Of a stretch of 64,000 nucleotides of DNA, positions 25,999-39,962 are shown piece by piece (position 1 is the stretch's first letter; every line of letters begins with the position of its first letter). The notes under the pieces were generated by a model. It had not been told where the DNA came from, did no database searches, and saw only the letters and a list, made by a program, of their open reading frames with translations. A program made the position numbers and the translations under genes. This stretch comes from Camelus dromedarius. Lineage: Eukaryota. The stretch lies in the NCBI RefSeq assembly GCF_036321535.1, contig NC_087436.1, positions 104,038,001 to 104,102,000 of the forward strand, written 5' to 3'.

Positions 25999-28907
25999 TC
26001 TCCACTCACGTGGGATACTTAATCTCCCAACGATGCTAAGTCAGCAGGGTGTTTCTACCGTAGCCAACTGACAGATGGGCACCGGAATGCAACAAAAAGC
26101 CCCTTCTTAAAATAACGTGTACAGTACTCTTTCTATAAAGCAGGATCATTAACTATTATTAGCTTTCTTTATATTTGAATTTCCCAAAGAAGTTGAGATA
26201 GTAGCAATAAATCATACTCCAGTCCCATTCTGGTTCTTTCTTAACCCTTTACTCCAATTATCTTAAAGAATTTTTAAAATAATCATTTAGAGCACTGAAT
26301 CACCACAGAAAGAAACTGTAGGAATTTAAATACTAACAGCTAACACTTTGTAAGCGTTACTATGTGGCAAACACTGTGCTAAACATTCTTCCTACACTGA
26401 TCTTATTTATTGTTTACAACAACCCTATTACGTAGGTATCTTGTTCACCTTGATTAAAATGGCACAAGTCCATTTTACTTCAGAGCCCATTTCATTTATC
26501 TCCTTCACCTTATTCTCTCACAATCCTTTTATCCCTTACAAGTCTTTATACACCCATTATCACAATGTTCTGTAGTTATACCCACTCTTCCTCATTAGAT
26601 TATAAATACCTCAAGTCCACATTCCCAGAGCTGGCACAAAGGATGGCACACAGAAGGGACTGAGGAATGCTCTCCAGGAACCGGTTCATTATAAAGACGA
26701 GAAGTTGTAGCTCTTAGGCCCAACTGTGTTTGACTGAATTCTAGAGCAAGCATCTTCTCTTCCAAAGGAATGTAAACAACTCAGGTATCTAATCCCTTTT
26801 TTCCAATCCCATGTGAGGTAACCATACCTGGTTTACCGAGAGGGTTAACCGCTTCCCAGGTGTTAACCCAGGTGACAATTTGATAATCTTATTTTAACAA
26901 TAACTTTTCAGAGAATACTGAGGATCCAATTGATGGGCATCTAATATGAAATTAAGTTATCAACATCCTATCAAAAAACACAATCTTGCAGATTTACAGT
27001 ATAGCAACAGTACTCCTTCAATTACAAAAGGAGCATTATTTGATACAGCATTAAATCTCTTTCAAAAAATTATAATAAACACAGCAGGAAGTTTTCATTT
27101 TAAATTAACCTTCAAAGAGTCTTTTCATACCTTATTTTAATTACACAATTCTATTTCCACTACAGCTTGATTACAGAGAATAAATCTGTTAAATTGCTTT
27201 GCCCACGACAGTGTAACTTACTGCATATGGTCGGCATCACAATGTCTTAACATATGCTAGTACAACTCACACCTATGTTTCTACAATATGGTCTTCCCAG
27301 ACATTGTGACACTCCCTCTATTTCCCAAGAGAAAATACGGCTAATCTACTGAGCACCAAATAATACACTATACAGCACAGGTATATACCTGCTGTGTGTG
27401 TATAATTTAACCTTTACTGTAACCTTGAAAGACAGAAATCACCATCTCCCTTTTTCCCCAAGAAAGAAGCTAAGGCACAGAAACTTTAAGTTAGTAAATG
27501 GTACACAGTTAAAATACAGCTTTACATTACTCTAAAGCCCTAGTTCTTCCCTTCATTCCATGGCTGTCTTCCATTCCCAACCCTCCCTCTTTCTCACTCT
27601 GCAGTTTTCTCTGATCATCAGTCCCCATGGCTTATAACACACACTGTTAGTCCCTGGAGTTACATATTATAGGTCAAGCCATAAAAGAGATGAATAACAC
27701 AAACTTCAGACTAACTATGCAATTAGGTATCATGGACTTCACCATTTGGAAAGGAGTTAATATTCAAGAGAAACCTGCAATAGAAAATAAAGACAAGCAA
27801 TAGTTGTAATACTCATGGTAATTTACCCCTCAGAAATTTGATTTATTAAATTCAAGAAATTCAAGAAACTAGGTTTCTGGATTAAATCAGAATTAAAAGG
27901 AGGGGGGAAAAACTACCAACAGCTGAAACTTCAACAACATTGGGGAAAAATGCAAGCACAATTAATCTATCAGAAAACTCATCCTTTTAATAATATCACA
28001 CTTTTACAGACTCACAATAATGGAATGTCAGGAAAGAATCAGGCTTTACCCTCTCATTAGTTTAAGAGAAGAGATCTGTTGTCAGAACCACTTCAACGTC
28101 ACAAAGGACAATGTGTTTAACAATACACAAAGGGGAAAACATTCAAACTCTAATAATTAAAGAAATGAAACATGATATTGCACCCAAAATAGCAAAGGTT
28201 CTTTTTCAATGAAAACACCAATAGCCACTCAAAAAACAATCCTTCCAGAAAGCAATTTGGCAGTAATATATGCAGTAAGAAAATATATATTTTATATATA
28301 TACTGCCAAAATATACATTTTTAAAATCTTAAAATAGGCTAATAGTACACTTTGCGGAACATACCCTTAAAATCTAAACGCAGAAAAAGTTTATGAACAT
28401 AAATGTTGGTAACAGTATTTTTAACAGAAAAACTGAAGACAATCTATTTAACAATGGGAATCTTTCCAACAATAAGAACATATAGATAATAAATGCTCTA
28501 TTCCATTTAACAGTTAGGAAAAAGCTCTGAATAGGTAAGATTTTAAAAAGCAAGATGCAAAATTGCATTTAAAAGGACTGTAACTATGTAATAATACTTA
28601 CTGTATATAAAAAAGAACAATGCCAAAGTGGTTCTGAGGGTGAGATTTGTTTTCTCTTTGATACACTTGTATTTTCCAAGTTCATAATAATAATTTAAAA
28701 AAAAAACTATATAAAAGAAGAATGAAAATTGAGATGGCACACCACCCATTTTAAGTATTTATAAGATCTAAATAAAAAGAGGGGGAATCACTTCTGAAAT
28801 GTTTAAATTAGCACATATAGTTTAAAATACATTAATCATTTCCCTTAGCTTAATTCTGCTTTGGTTTTCTAGCCTTAGTGGGGGAAAGATCAAAATACAA
28901 ATCAAGG

Positions 28908-29710
28908 CATTCATTATCCAAAAAGTTTTACAGATTACCTAAGACACCATTTAGGTAATATACGAACAAGAGAGACAAGGGTCCAATTCTTTAGGAGCTG
29001 ACAATTCTATGGGTAAGTACAGAGAGTAAGTTAATAAATGTATTAAAATATAATTTCTAGCTCTAAGTGTATCTAAGTGTTAAAAGTGCTTTGTGTATTT
29101 ACTGGGGAGAGGAAGGAAGGAGACTGATAGTATAGGTGGTCACCAAAAAAGGTCTTTCTGAGAAAGATACAAAACCAAAAACTAAAGTCGGCCATGCAAA
29201 AAGCTGATGTGGAATAGAGGAACAGTGAAGACAGGAAACCTCAAGTGCCAAGACTCAGAAACAGGCAGAGTCTGGCATATTTTAGCAGCAGAAAGGAAAT
29301 CAGTGTTGGGTAAAAAGATGAAAAGAGATTAATATGGAGAGGTAGGCAGGGGCCAGAACAAGCAGGGATTTGCAGGCAAGGATAAAATGTTTCTATTTTA
29401 TTGTAATTACAAAGGAAAGCCACTGAAGGGGGAAGGAAATGATCTTATGTGCATTTTTACAGGCTTTGGAGAGAACAGACTGGAAAGTCAAGAGCAGTAA
29501 CAAGAAGTTAGGAAGCTGCTCCAGGAATCCGGGGAGGGGAAATGGGGACCTGGACCAGAGTGATGGCAATGGTGATACGGAAAAGTGGAGAAACTCAAAC
29601 TGTATGTGGATAGTCAGAACCCATAGTATTTACTGACGGATGGTCTAGATGCAGTAAATGAGAACTCAGAACAATCAAGTATATAGCCCCTAGGAGTCTG
29701 GCTGAATCAT
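28908..29710 (-). mobile_element. L2 fragment
   Basis: Purine-rich reverse L2 motifs ('ggaaagccactgaagg', 'ggacctggaccagagtgatggcaatgg'). Confidence 0.7.
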
Positions 29711-30599
29711 TATTTATAAAACTAAAACTTAAGGTGTGATCCTAGTAATAGAGGAAGAGTTAAGTATATTATGAAGTACTATCAGATTAACATTATAATG
29801 TTTGTGGAAAGTTTGCTTCTCTTATTATCTAGAGGTTGTGGGCATGATTCTTAACTATTCAGGCCTTCAGTTTCCTAAAATAATTATTCAGTATTTCCTC
29901 AAATAATTACTACCAAAAAAAAAAAAAAAAACCCTACGGCTCTGATAGAGTTGTTGGAAGGATTAAATGTGAACCTATGAAAAACACTTAACACAATGAC
30001 TGTGCTCAATAAATTAAAGCTGCCAGAAGTCATAGTGATGACTCTGCACCCAGAATAGAGAAGGGAGTCAATAAACATGTCGTGGATAAATAGACAGATA
30101 AAAGAAATGGTAGAGCAGGGATTTAAACCCAGGTCATCTGACTCATCTCTACAAAACCATGCACTCTACACCACAGGTGAGCAATGAAGAATAAAAACTG
30201 TGACAACCATTAGATTGTGAAATCAGCTAAGGAAAATGATGGAATCCTCAATAGAGACTTTTTGGTGCAAATCACACAACAATCCAAGGTCTAGAGGGTT
30301 TCGTATTATACACAGTCAAGGAGATCAACTAAAACAACTGGTAATTTCTGAATCAAAAATAATTGAAAAGCTTACTGCCTTTTCAGTAATTACTTTACTT
30401 AAGTAATGTTAATGACTCAACCTGAACGCAATGCAGAGAGAGCACAAGACTAGAAATTTAGTTAGACCATGGAGGGGTCTGGGCAGCAATTATCAATAGG
30501 AAGTCAAGACCCAGATAGGGAATACAAGTGAATACCAGGATAAGAGAACACATTTCAAAATGTGGAAAGAATTAGCACAGAGACATATATCAAAAACCA

Positions 30600-32020
30600 G
30601 CATTAGTCAGTGTCTGAGGGAGAAACCCTGACCAGGAGAAGTGGGTATCTCTCCCATCCCCAGGGCCCAGGCAAAGACCCACTGCTCCTGAGAGAGAGGG
30701 AGAAGTAAAAGCCCACTACCTCAGGAGAAAGACAAGAAGCCCACTTGGTCCACAATCACATACTGGAGCTAAGCAGTAAGCTACCACTGGACAGGAGCCA
30801 GGAAACTCCCTCTAGCCTCACTCCTCCCTCGGACACAAAGCAGAGTTTAGCTGTCACTAGGGGAAAAGGAAGACTTAGAAAGCCCCACTCCCAAGGTCCA
30901 GGCTCACAAGCCCTACCTAAGCCTGAAGGTAGATCAGGAGAACCAAGAACTTCTCCACTCCCACCGCAAACCTAGCGCACACACAGCATGCCCCTCGACA
31001 GTGCAGCCACGCTGCTGACAGCTGTCAGTGGTGTAGGAGCATTATTCAGGCCACACAAAGCACAAACAGCAACACTCCACTGGGCAAATGTGAAGTCTGT
31101 AGTGCGAAGGTGACAATGACAGAGCCATACCTAGCTCAACTAGTGACAAAACTGACTCAAGCTACCAAACTGACAGTCTAATAGAATAGTCTAATAGAAA
31201 AAGTGTACCCATTTCTGGACATACACAACATTTACCTCAGTCTCAACTGATCTATCATCCAATCAAAATTTATGAGACATAGCAGGGGAGGGTACAGATC
31301 AGTGGTGGAGCACGTGCTTAGCATACACAAGGTCCTGGGTTCAATTACCAGTACTTCCATTAACAAAAAAAAATTAAATAAAAACCTAATTACCTCCCCA
31401 TCTCCAAAAAAAAGACCGATTAAAAAATAAGTATAAAAATAGATAAATAAAATTTAATTTTTAAAAAATTATGAGATAAATAATAAAGCAAGGAAAACAA
31501 ACCCACTGTCAAGAGAGCAAACAACAGAACCAAACACAGAGGTAACACAGATGTTAGAAATGCCAGGCAGGGATGCTAAAATAACTATGATTAATACATT
31601 AAAAGATCTAGAGGAAAAGATTAATATGTTAAAGGATCTAGACAACATGTATGAACCGATGGAGGATTTCAGCAGAGACATGGAAACTACAAAAGAGAGT
31701 CAAATGATAATACTAAAATTAAAAAACGTAATTGCAAAGTTGGAGAAGTCCCTTGATAGGATTATCAGTGACCTTAAAACAGGCCAATAGAAATTATTCA
31801 AAGCAAAGCAAAAAGAGAAAAAAAAGGAGGAGTGCTTAAAAAAAGGGGGGGAGTACCCAACAATTGTGGGACAATATCAAACGGTCTAACATACAATTAA
31901 TTGGAGTCCCAAAGAACAAAAATAGCACAAGAGAATTATCTAAAAAGATAAATGGTTGAGATTTTCCAAAATCAAATGAAGATAACAAACCACAGACCTA
32001 AGGAGGTCAGAAAACTTAAA
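30600..32020 (+). mobile_element. Old L1M 5' region / ORF1 fragment interrupted by a SINE
   Basis: ORF 31551-31790 (KITMINTLKDLEEK...MEDFSRDMETTKESQMIILKLKN) resembles the L1 ORF1 coiled coil, and 'tgtgggacaatatcaaacggtctaacatac...ttggagtccc' is ORF1-like. Confidence 0.7.
31285..31464 (+). mobile_element. tRNA-derived SINE (camelid Vic-1-like)
   Basis: Head GGGGAGGGTACAGATCAGTGGTGGAGC...GGTCCTGGGTTCAATT carries Pol III A/B boxes, followed by an A-rich tail. Approximate TSD AAAATT(T)ATGAGA at about 31265 and 31465. Confidence 0.85.
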
Positions 32021-34194
32021 ATTGTGAAGTTATCAATGTCTTGAATCAAGCAAGTTAGAGGAAAAGTTTTCAACAAAGATACAGCTTGAAATAATTAGCT
32101 ACTGGAGACTATGTATTTTGCAGATATTATAAAAATATTTTCCATTACCTATAAAAATATGACCTTATTTACTATCTCCACATAAAAATGAACTAGAGGA
32201 AAAGGATAAAACAGAAGCAAGATGTGATGAGACATGAAAACGACTTAAACTGTGAAGTATAACCCAGCAAACATGTATTAACAGTTTCTTCCCAATAGCC
32301 ACCAAACAAATGTGGATGTTCAGACTATATTATTTTGGCCAAAAAAACTTATTTTTCAACAAGTACATTAAATTAAGGCATTTAGTTATGAGTTATAAAA
32401 ACAATTATATATGAATTTAGTAAATCCTCTGGGATCATAATTCTAGTTTGTGATATTTCTACCACAAATTTATTTATGGTTTATCATTTTCACTATTGAA
32501 AACACTTGTGTGAGGGAAGACTGGAAAAAAAGAGGGATCTAGAGAGACTGACAATAATAAAGCAGGGAAAAGCCAGAGTTGAGACTTTTAAAGTGCAATC
32601 TTGAATTAAAAGAAACCTAGGTAAAGTCTACCTGGCCTTAAAAGTATTCCCATGTCTAATGGCTGGGAAAGTGCTAAGATCCAAAGACCCACTTAGGTGG
32701 TGGGAACAGAGCCAAATCAGAATGTTTAGCATCCTCATATCTCCTGATCCAAGGTTCCTACAGGCAGAATTCGAGTTTTACCAATATCCTGGGAATTACT
32801 GAAGATATCTAAGCTACAGTTGTGGAGATATTCAAAGACTTGCTAAATAAATTTACCCAAAACTTTTCCCATTTTATTTATCCAAGTTAATCAGTATGTC
32901 TGGTACCACTGTGGACCCTAAGAGGTAAGAAGCAACAATTCCATTAACAAACAAGGATGTCTAACTTTTCAATGGACTAAACATTAAGGAGCATACTAAT
33001 ATGCTCCTTAGTTTACATATTATAATCTAAAATGAGTTTTCGAGCATCTCACAAGTTATAGAAGGAAATTCTGAACACTTCCTTATAACAGAAGGACAAT
33101 AAATAGAAATTCACTTTTCTGAATTACTAATTCAGAACATGCAAATGATTTTTTACTATGGTATTTTCCTTCAGCAAATATAAACATTAAATAGACTTTC
33201 ATGTGTCTATTGATCCTTACTTCAAAGCTTATTTTTCCCATAAGATCTTAGTACTTCAATTTCAAATTGTGCTAGGAACATCTTAATCATGATTAGAAAG
33301 GAATTATCTATAAACATATTATGTCTTGCACTGGAATTTGTATTTAACCAAAAACAGCTGCTGTTTATCTAGAAATCTTAAAAAGCTGAATGAAGACAAA
33401 AAAAGACTTATTTATCTTATTATCTTTTATTTCCTAAGCAAAGCCTATTCCCATGTTGTTTCATTATAAATTTGAGGTTCCAGAATATCATAACAAGTTT
33501 TTATTCCTTTATTAATCTAGAATATGAAAAAAAGTCCTAATTATTAATAGTTAAATATACAAGGCTTATGATGAATAATATATGACTATCAGCCACATAC
33601 CTGAAAATGAATTTTTAAAGACTTTCAAAATGTAAAACTAAATTTTCAGTACACAATAAAAGCTAGGTAATAATTTTATGATCAAGTTTAAGCAATCTAT
33701 CGTTTATTTTTGTTTTGACTAAATTCAGAGGGCCAACATATCCGCATGTTTCTATGACATTTTAAAGTAGACTCCAAAGGTAAAATAAATTTTTAATTTA
33801 GAAGTACATATTAAGGCATACAATATGTACTGATTTTGGTAATTTTCTTTTTAAGACTCTACAAATGGTAGCAAACATACTAACATAGAAAAAATTAATA
33901 AAAGCTAAAATGAAGAAAAAGAAGAGGAAATCTGAGTAAATTCCAAGAGCTGCAAATAAAAATACAAAAACTGACAGAGGTATAGCAGGCTCAGAGGTAT
34001 AGGCTCAGAAAAATGGATGGCCTAGTGTCTGCACACAGCTGCATCACCCAAAAAGAGGCTTCCAAGGAGGCATCAAATGTACAGTTAACCACACACCTTT
34101 AACAAGGCAGAAGCGTGGGCTGAGGGCAGAAGCCGGCACTAGGAGAGCAGATGGGGTCATGACAAGCAGGGGCGGCAACATCAAGCAAGGGGTG

Positions 34195-34332
34195 GACTGT
34201 GGTGGGTGAAGGGGGAGGGGAAGGGAAAGGAGAGGCAGGAGGGGAGGGGAATGGAGGGGCAGGAGGGGAGTAAAGGAAGGGAAGGAAGGGAGGAAGGAAG
34301 GTAAGAAGGAAGGAAGGAAGGGAGGGGAAAAT
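34195..34332. repeat. Polypurine (GGAA/GGAG)n low-complexity tract
   Basis: Read directly. Confidence 0.85.
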
Positions 34333-36589
34333 GAGAAAAAAAGATAGATTCCATAAAGAAATATATCGCATATGGCAAAAACAAGACCAGGAGTTAACAG
34401 ATTTTGGATTCTAGTTCTAGGTCTATAATATTGGATTAAAGTTGATTTTAGAATACATGTATTTACATATGCTTTGTATAAGACTCAAAGAGATTTATCA
34501 TGACTTGTATAACTGATATTACAAATGAGTAAAAAAGATTGATAAATAAAACCAACATACCACCTAACTTCAGTTACAAAGGAATCAGTGAATACTGGGC
34601 TTAGTGGCAATCATAAAGTGTGGTGGTCACTAATCTGTCCAAAGACCACACCCTGTATATAGCAAAACCACAACTGCACAACAAGTAGAGCATTAAATGT
34701 GAAATCATGAGAGCAGAGACATCATTTGTTCAGTTCTCTGTATTTCTGCAGCACCTAAGAAATGTCTAGTAATTTAAAGTAGGCATTTAAATATTTGTTA
34801 AATAAATACACTCCCCAACTAAGCAGCACAGTGAAATCTCACAGTCCTTGCCTAATACTTACTGACTTTACTACTCTTAATTTCACATTAACTAGCACTT
34901 TTTAAATGTTTTAAAGCCTGTGAGATTACAAGTTGAATAAAATTCTATCCTTTTTAATAATTACATTGTTTTAATTTCCCTAAACTCTTTCAAAAAGATG
35001 TGAAATTATTAATTAAAGAAGAGTCCATGACTTAAGCCAACTGAATAATGTATTAATCATAACTGCTCATATGCTGCTTTATAAACCGCTTTATAAAAGT
35101 GAAAGACTGAAAGCTGATCCTGGAACATTTTTCCACTAGAAGTTAGTGGTCACAAGAAAAGATGTGCTACAGCTCTTCCCCAAAATATTTAACATATAAA
35201 ATTTTGCAATACCAACAGAGACATGTTTGATAAGATGTCAGTGATTAAGTTATATGTATTCCACTCTAACTACCCATATATGTTAAAGTGCTGGATACTT
35301 TGGGATATTTGCAAACCATTAATCATTAAACAGATGTAAGGTAGCAATTGCAACAGATTACAATCAAAGGCAAAGCTTCAAGTCAGAAAGTATTTACAAG
35401 ACTATGGTACAACTTTCAAGAGAAAGATACCAAAATAGATACCTCAACTGAGTTAAAAAGAAAGAACCACTGCAAAACAATGTAAGTAGACAGATACCGC
35501 CTATCAGAATTGTGATAAGAAGGGTATAAACAATCTATTAAGAAAGTTCCAAGGGGGAAGAAGTCATGTCTTATTGAAGATGACTCTGGAAAAACTTTAC
35601 AGCAAAAGAAACATGGAATAGCAGGAACCATGTCAATTTCTGCCTACCATTATACCTCCAATTCTTACAACAGTGTGCTAAACACAGAATAGTATCAATA
35701 TTTACTGACTGAATAAACATTTAGTTTGGACCTTCAGAGATTAAGAGGACACTCGAGCATGAGGGAAACATGTAAGGAAAGGAATAAAGGAGGAAATGAG
35801 GTGTGTTCAAAGAACAAGGAGTGGCTAATTTTGTTAGAGTGTATTTATGACATGCAGAAGACTAGCAGGAGTTTGTGTCCATTATGAACTTCATAACAAG
35901 TTTAAATTTAATTTAGTATAAATGGAAAATAATAAAAGTTTTATTAATGAACTAGTATATAAGAGTACAAGAGGAGTTGTAAGATTACTGAACTGCCTCC
36001 TCTAGCACAAATGATTCCGTTCAGGAACAGTGTGGTAGCAATAAGAATGGAAGAAATGGGGAAAAGGTCAAATGTAACTCCTAGAATTTTAGTTTGGATG
36101 ATCAGAAAACAGTGGTATAGTTAATAGAAATACAAAGTCAAAACAAAGATGGTTGGGAGAGGGGGAGAATCACGTAAAGATTCAATAAAAAGATTCAATA
36201 AAAATCATTAATTCAGCATTTACTCCCTGTTAAGCACTATTTTACTGAGTCCTCACAACTCTGTGAGGCAGTTTTACTCTCATTTTCCAAATGAGGCAAA
36301 AGAGGTCAAGATGCTTCCCCAAAGCTCACAAAATAATTAACTATGTGTTATTCCTTCCCTTCTTCCTTCCTAAGAGAAATTCCATTTTGTTCAAATATGG
36401 GGCAGCAATGTGCTCAGGAAGATGGGCTACTCCACCAGCCCTAGGACAATGAAACACGGTTGATCTAAACTAGGGAAATCCTATTTCCATTGTTCAATAA
36501 CCCAGGACTGACCAATGGGACATGAGAAGAAATATATTGAGGGCTTCTGGGAAAGATTACCTGCATTAGCATCACAGACGTCATTAGGA

Positions 36590-37970
36590 ACCTTGAAGTT
36601 AACTATCTAAGAGTTATCCTTGATTCCTCCCTTTCTTTCACTCCTGTTTCCCAGTTTATCAGCAAGTCAAGTAGATACGAATTCCAAAATATCTTAACCC
36701 CTCCTTTTCTCCCACCATTCTAGTCTAAGCCATTATTAACTCTCAACTAGACTCCTAATAACTACTCCTCTAGGCCATCTCCCTATGGTCACTCTTGCTC
36801 CCAACAATTCATTCCCCAACAGCAGCCAAAGAAAAGTTTAAAATATAAATCATGGAGCAACTGGAACCCTTGTGCTCTGTTAGTGGGATTATAAAATGAT
36901 ACAACCACTAAGGAAAACAGTATGAGCTTCCTCAAAAAATTAAAAACAGAATCATATGATCTGGCAATCCCCATCACTGACTATATCCAGAAAAACTGAA
37001 AGCAGAATCTTGAAGAGATATTGTACATCCACATTCACAGCACTATTTACAACAGCCAAGAAGTAGAAGCAACCCAAGAGTCTGTCAACAGATGAATGGA
37101 CATTAAGAATGTGGTATATACATACAATAGAATATTATTCAGACTTAAGAAAGAAGGAAGTCCTGTCACATGCTACAACATGGATGAACCTTCAAGGACT
37201 TTATGTTAAAACACATAAGCTAGTCACAAATACTGTATAATTCCACTTATGTAAGGTATCTAAAGTAGTCAAGTTCACAGAAACAGAAAGTAGAACAGTA
37301 GTGAATATGCTTAACACTACTGAACTATGCATTTAAAAATGGTTAAGATGGTAAATTTTATGTTATGTGTTTTTTCCACAGTATAAAACAGACAACATGC
37401 CAAACAAAAATCAATCAAATCACTTCACTCCCCTCCTTAAACTGCTTCCTATCACCCCTTGAATAAACCCCAAACAAGGTCTATGAGGCTTTGCACCATC
37501 TGGCCCTTCCCACTGTACAGCCAGATTGCATGCTCCTCTCCCCCTCCTTCAAGATGCTCAGTCAAAATGTTACTCTTTCATTTCTTCAAATAATTCAAAT
37601 TCTTTCTTGCCTCAAGGTCTTTGTCCATCCTTTTACTCCTGAGCTGAACACTGTTCCCTAATTCTTCACAGACTTGGCTCTTTATTATCCTTCAGATGTC
37701 ATCTTAAATGTGACCTTCTCAGAAGCCTTCCCTAACCAAACTATATAAAATAATAGATGTCCCCACACTATCCGCATTATTCTCTATGTCTCTTTTGTTC
37801 CTTGGTAGCATTTCTCGCAAATTAAAATACTGCTTTTTCCCCTCATCTTCCCAAACAAAATGCAAGCTCCATGGGGACAAAGACCTTATCAATCTTGTTC
37901 ATCACTGTGTCCCCCATACTTATCATATGTCTGTAATATAGTCAACATTCAAATATTTACTGAGTAATTT
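36590..37970 (+). mobile_element. L2 fragment split by an L1MB insertion
   Basis: L2 motifs at 36590-36850 and 37410-37970, ending 'aaatatttactgagt'. Confidence 0.7.
36853..37385 (+). mobile_element. L1MB-like 3' end
   Basis: 'gcaactggaacccttgtgc...tgctacaacatggatgaacc...aaaatggttaagatggtaaattttatgttatgtg'. Confidence 0.85.
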
Positions 37971-39962
37971 CACATTAAGAGAAAAACACTCTGAGTCTGT
38001 TATTAAATATATATAAGAATATAAAAAAGACCTTAAAAAGACTGTGACTGGTGTTATAACTGTTATGCCTAGTTGCTGAGGCAGGTATGTTTTCCACTTT
38101 ATACGTTTCTATATGTTCTAATTTTCCCATAATAAATCTTTATACTCAGAAATTAAAGATTTTTCAGACTGCTGTTACAACTGCTAAATGCTTCAGATAC
38201 TTTAATTATAAAATAATAAAGGTACAAAATGACTTAAGTTAATAATACAACTTTTTAAAAATACCACAGTACTCCTCAATTGCACTGTCTACACTTAGTT
38301 TCATATTTCTATAAAATGTTAACTAATCTTAGACCATTAATGGTTATTTAGATCACAAGTGACTCAAAGTATGTCTTCTTACTTTTTTAAATGCATATAA
38401 ACATCTTAACAATACTCCTCAATATATCCCAGCCCATTTCTACAATTTTCCTACATCTGTATCTACAGGTTTAAAAAAAAAAAAATAAGTCACCAGTAAT
38501 TGAACACTTACACCTGCCAGACTCTAAGCACTTTATACCGATTAACTCATTTATACTTCAAACCCATTTTAGAGATAAGGAAATTTCGGTTCTAATAAGT
38601 TAAATCACCTACCCTAAATTACAAAACCACTGTCAGACTGGGACTCAAGCCTAGGAAATCCTGCTCTAGTCTAGAGGCTATGCTCTCAATCACACTGTAT
38701 GAAAGCTGGAACAGACTTACAGTGCAAATAAAAATTTAAGATATAAAATGCCATGTTTCTTAAAAATTACATTCCAGCCTTAAGGAATATTCATGAAAAC
38801 AAAGCACAAATAGGAATTACCCACTAACTGAGAATACCAATTTTTTTAAGTCATTTGTCTTAAGCCCTAGAAATTATACATTTTAAATGAATATTTTTTA
38901 AGATGTCAAAATATTTAATAGCAAAACTTCAAGAAGTGAAAAACTGGTTATTTACCAAAGATAAATGAAGAAGGAACTCATAAGATTCCTTGAACAATGA
39001 AGATCTAGAATTTAACATTAATCAGAAAGTTTAACTCTGCTACATCTCCAGCCTCATTTTCTAATTTACTTCCAATCACACCCTAGGTTTTATCATAAAA
39101 ATCCTTGGCACTGAAGGATTTTTAAAGTATAAACTATTTGAGAGCAATCCTAATCTCCATTATATGGGATAATTTATTATGGAGATGACAATAACTTCAC
39201 AAGGCTTCTATAAGGATTAAATGAGATAAAATATAAAAATGCCAGGCATGAATTTGAATCCCACATGCAAATATGGATGTTGGCACACTACAAGCAGGCT
39301 GACCACTGACTCTGCCATCCAGGGTATTTGGTAATTCACAATCTCCATCTAGCATTCTCAAATGACAATGTCTATGATCAATGTCATTTCCAACTCAGCT
39401 TACTCCTCTCACACCACTATAATTTTTCCTATCTGACAAACTCTTATATATTCTCAGTGAATACTTAACACTGTAAAGGAGGGGGGACTTCTTCATTAAT
39501 AACCCACCTCTCTACATCAAAGTTAGGAGCTCTATCTTTGTAATTCTGTTAAATACAACACATATACTATATACCTATATACCCTCATAACAAAGTATCA
39601 TCACCCTTTAAATTGGTATATCTCCACCTAGAAAACAAGGCAGGGTCAATAGCTTATTAATCCTAAAACTTCAAACATTTAATTTGGTGACTGGCACATA
39701 AAAGTCACTGAAGTTTTGTTTGTTCGTTTGCTTGCTTGTATTTTTTGTTTGTTTGTTAACGAAGACTAAAAGTAATACAAAAGAGTGAATGAAAAAGAAC
39801 TATGTTCATTTATATTATACCTTGCTCCAAAGAAGGGGAAAGGGGAGGAGCTTATTTTTAATACTACAAATGTATAACAAGCACTTGTAATAAATATTCT
39901 AATAGATATTTTTAGAAAATGCAAGAATGCTACTAGATAAGCTACCACAGTCATTTCCTTTT

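Noticed and set aside
26813..26892. Small element with imperfect inverted ends (AGGTAACCATACCTGGTTT...)
   Set aside because: Probably a degraded hAT-Blackjack MITE (MER81/MER94-like), too diverged to call confidently.
31285..31360. tRNA-like sequence (also at about 56145-56219)
   Set aside because: SINE heads with A-rich tails and TSDs, not functional tRNA genes.
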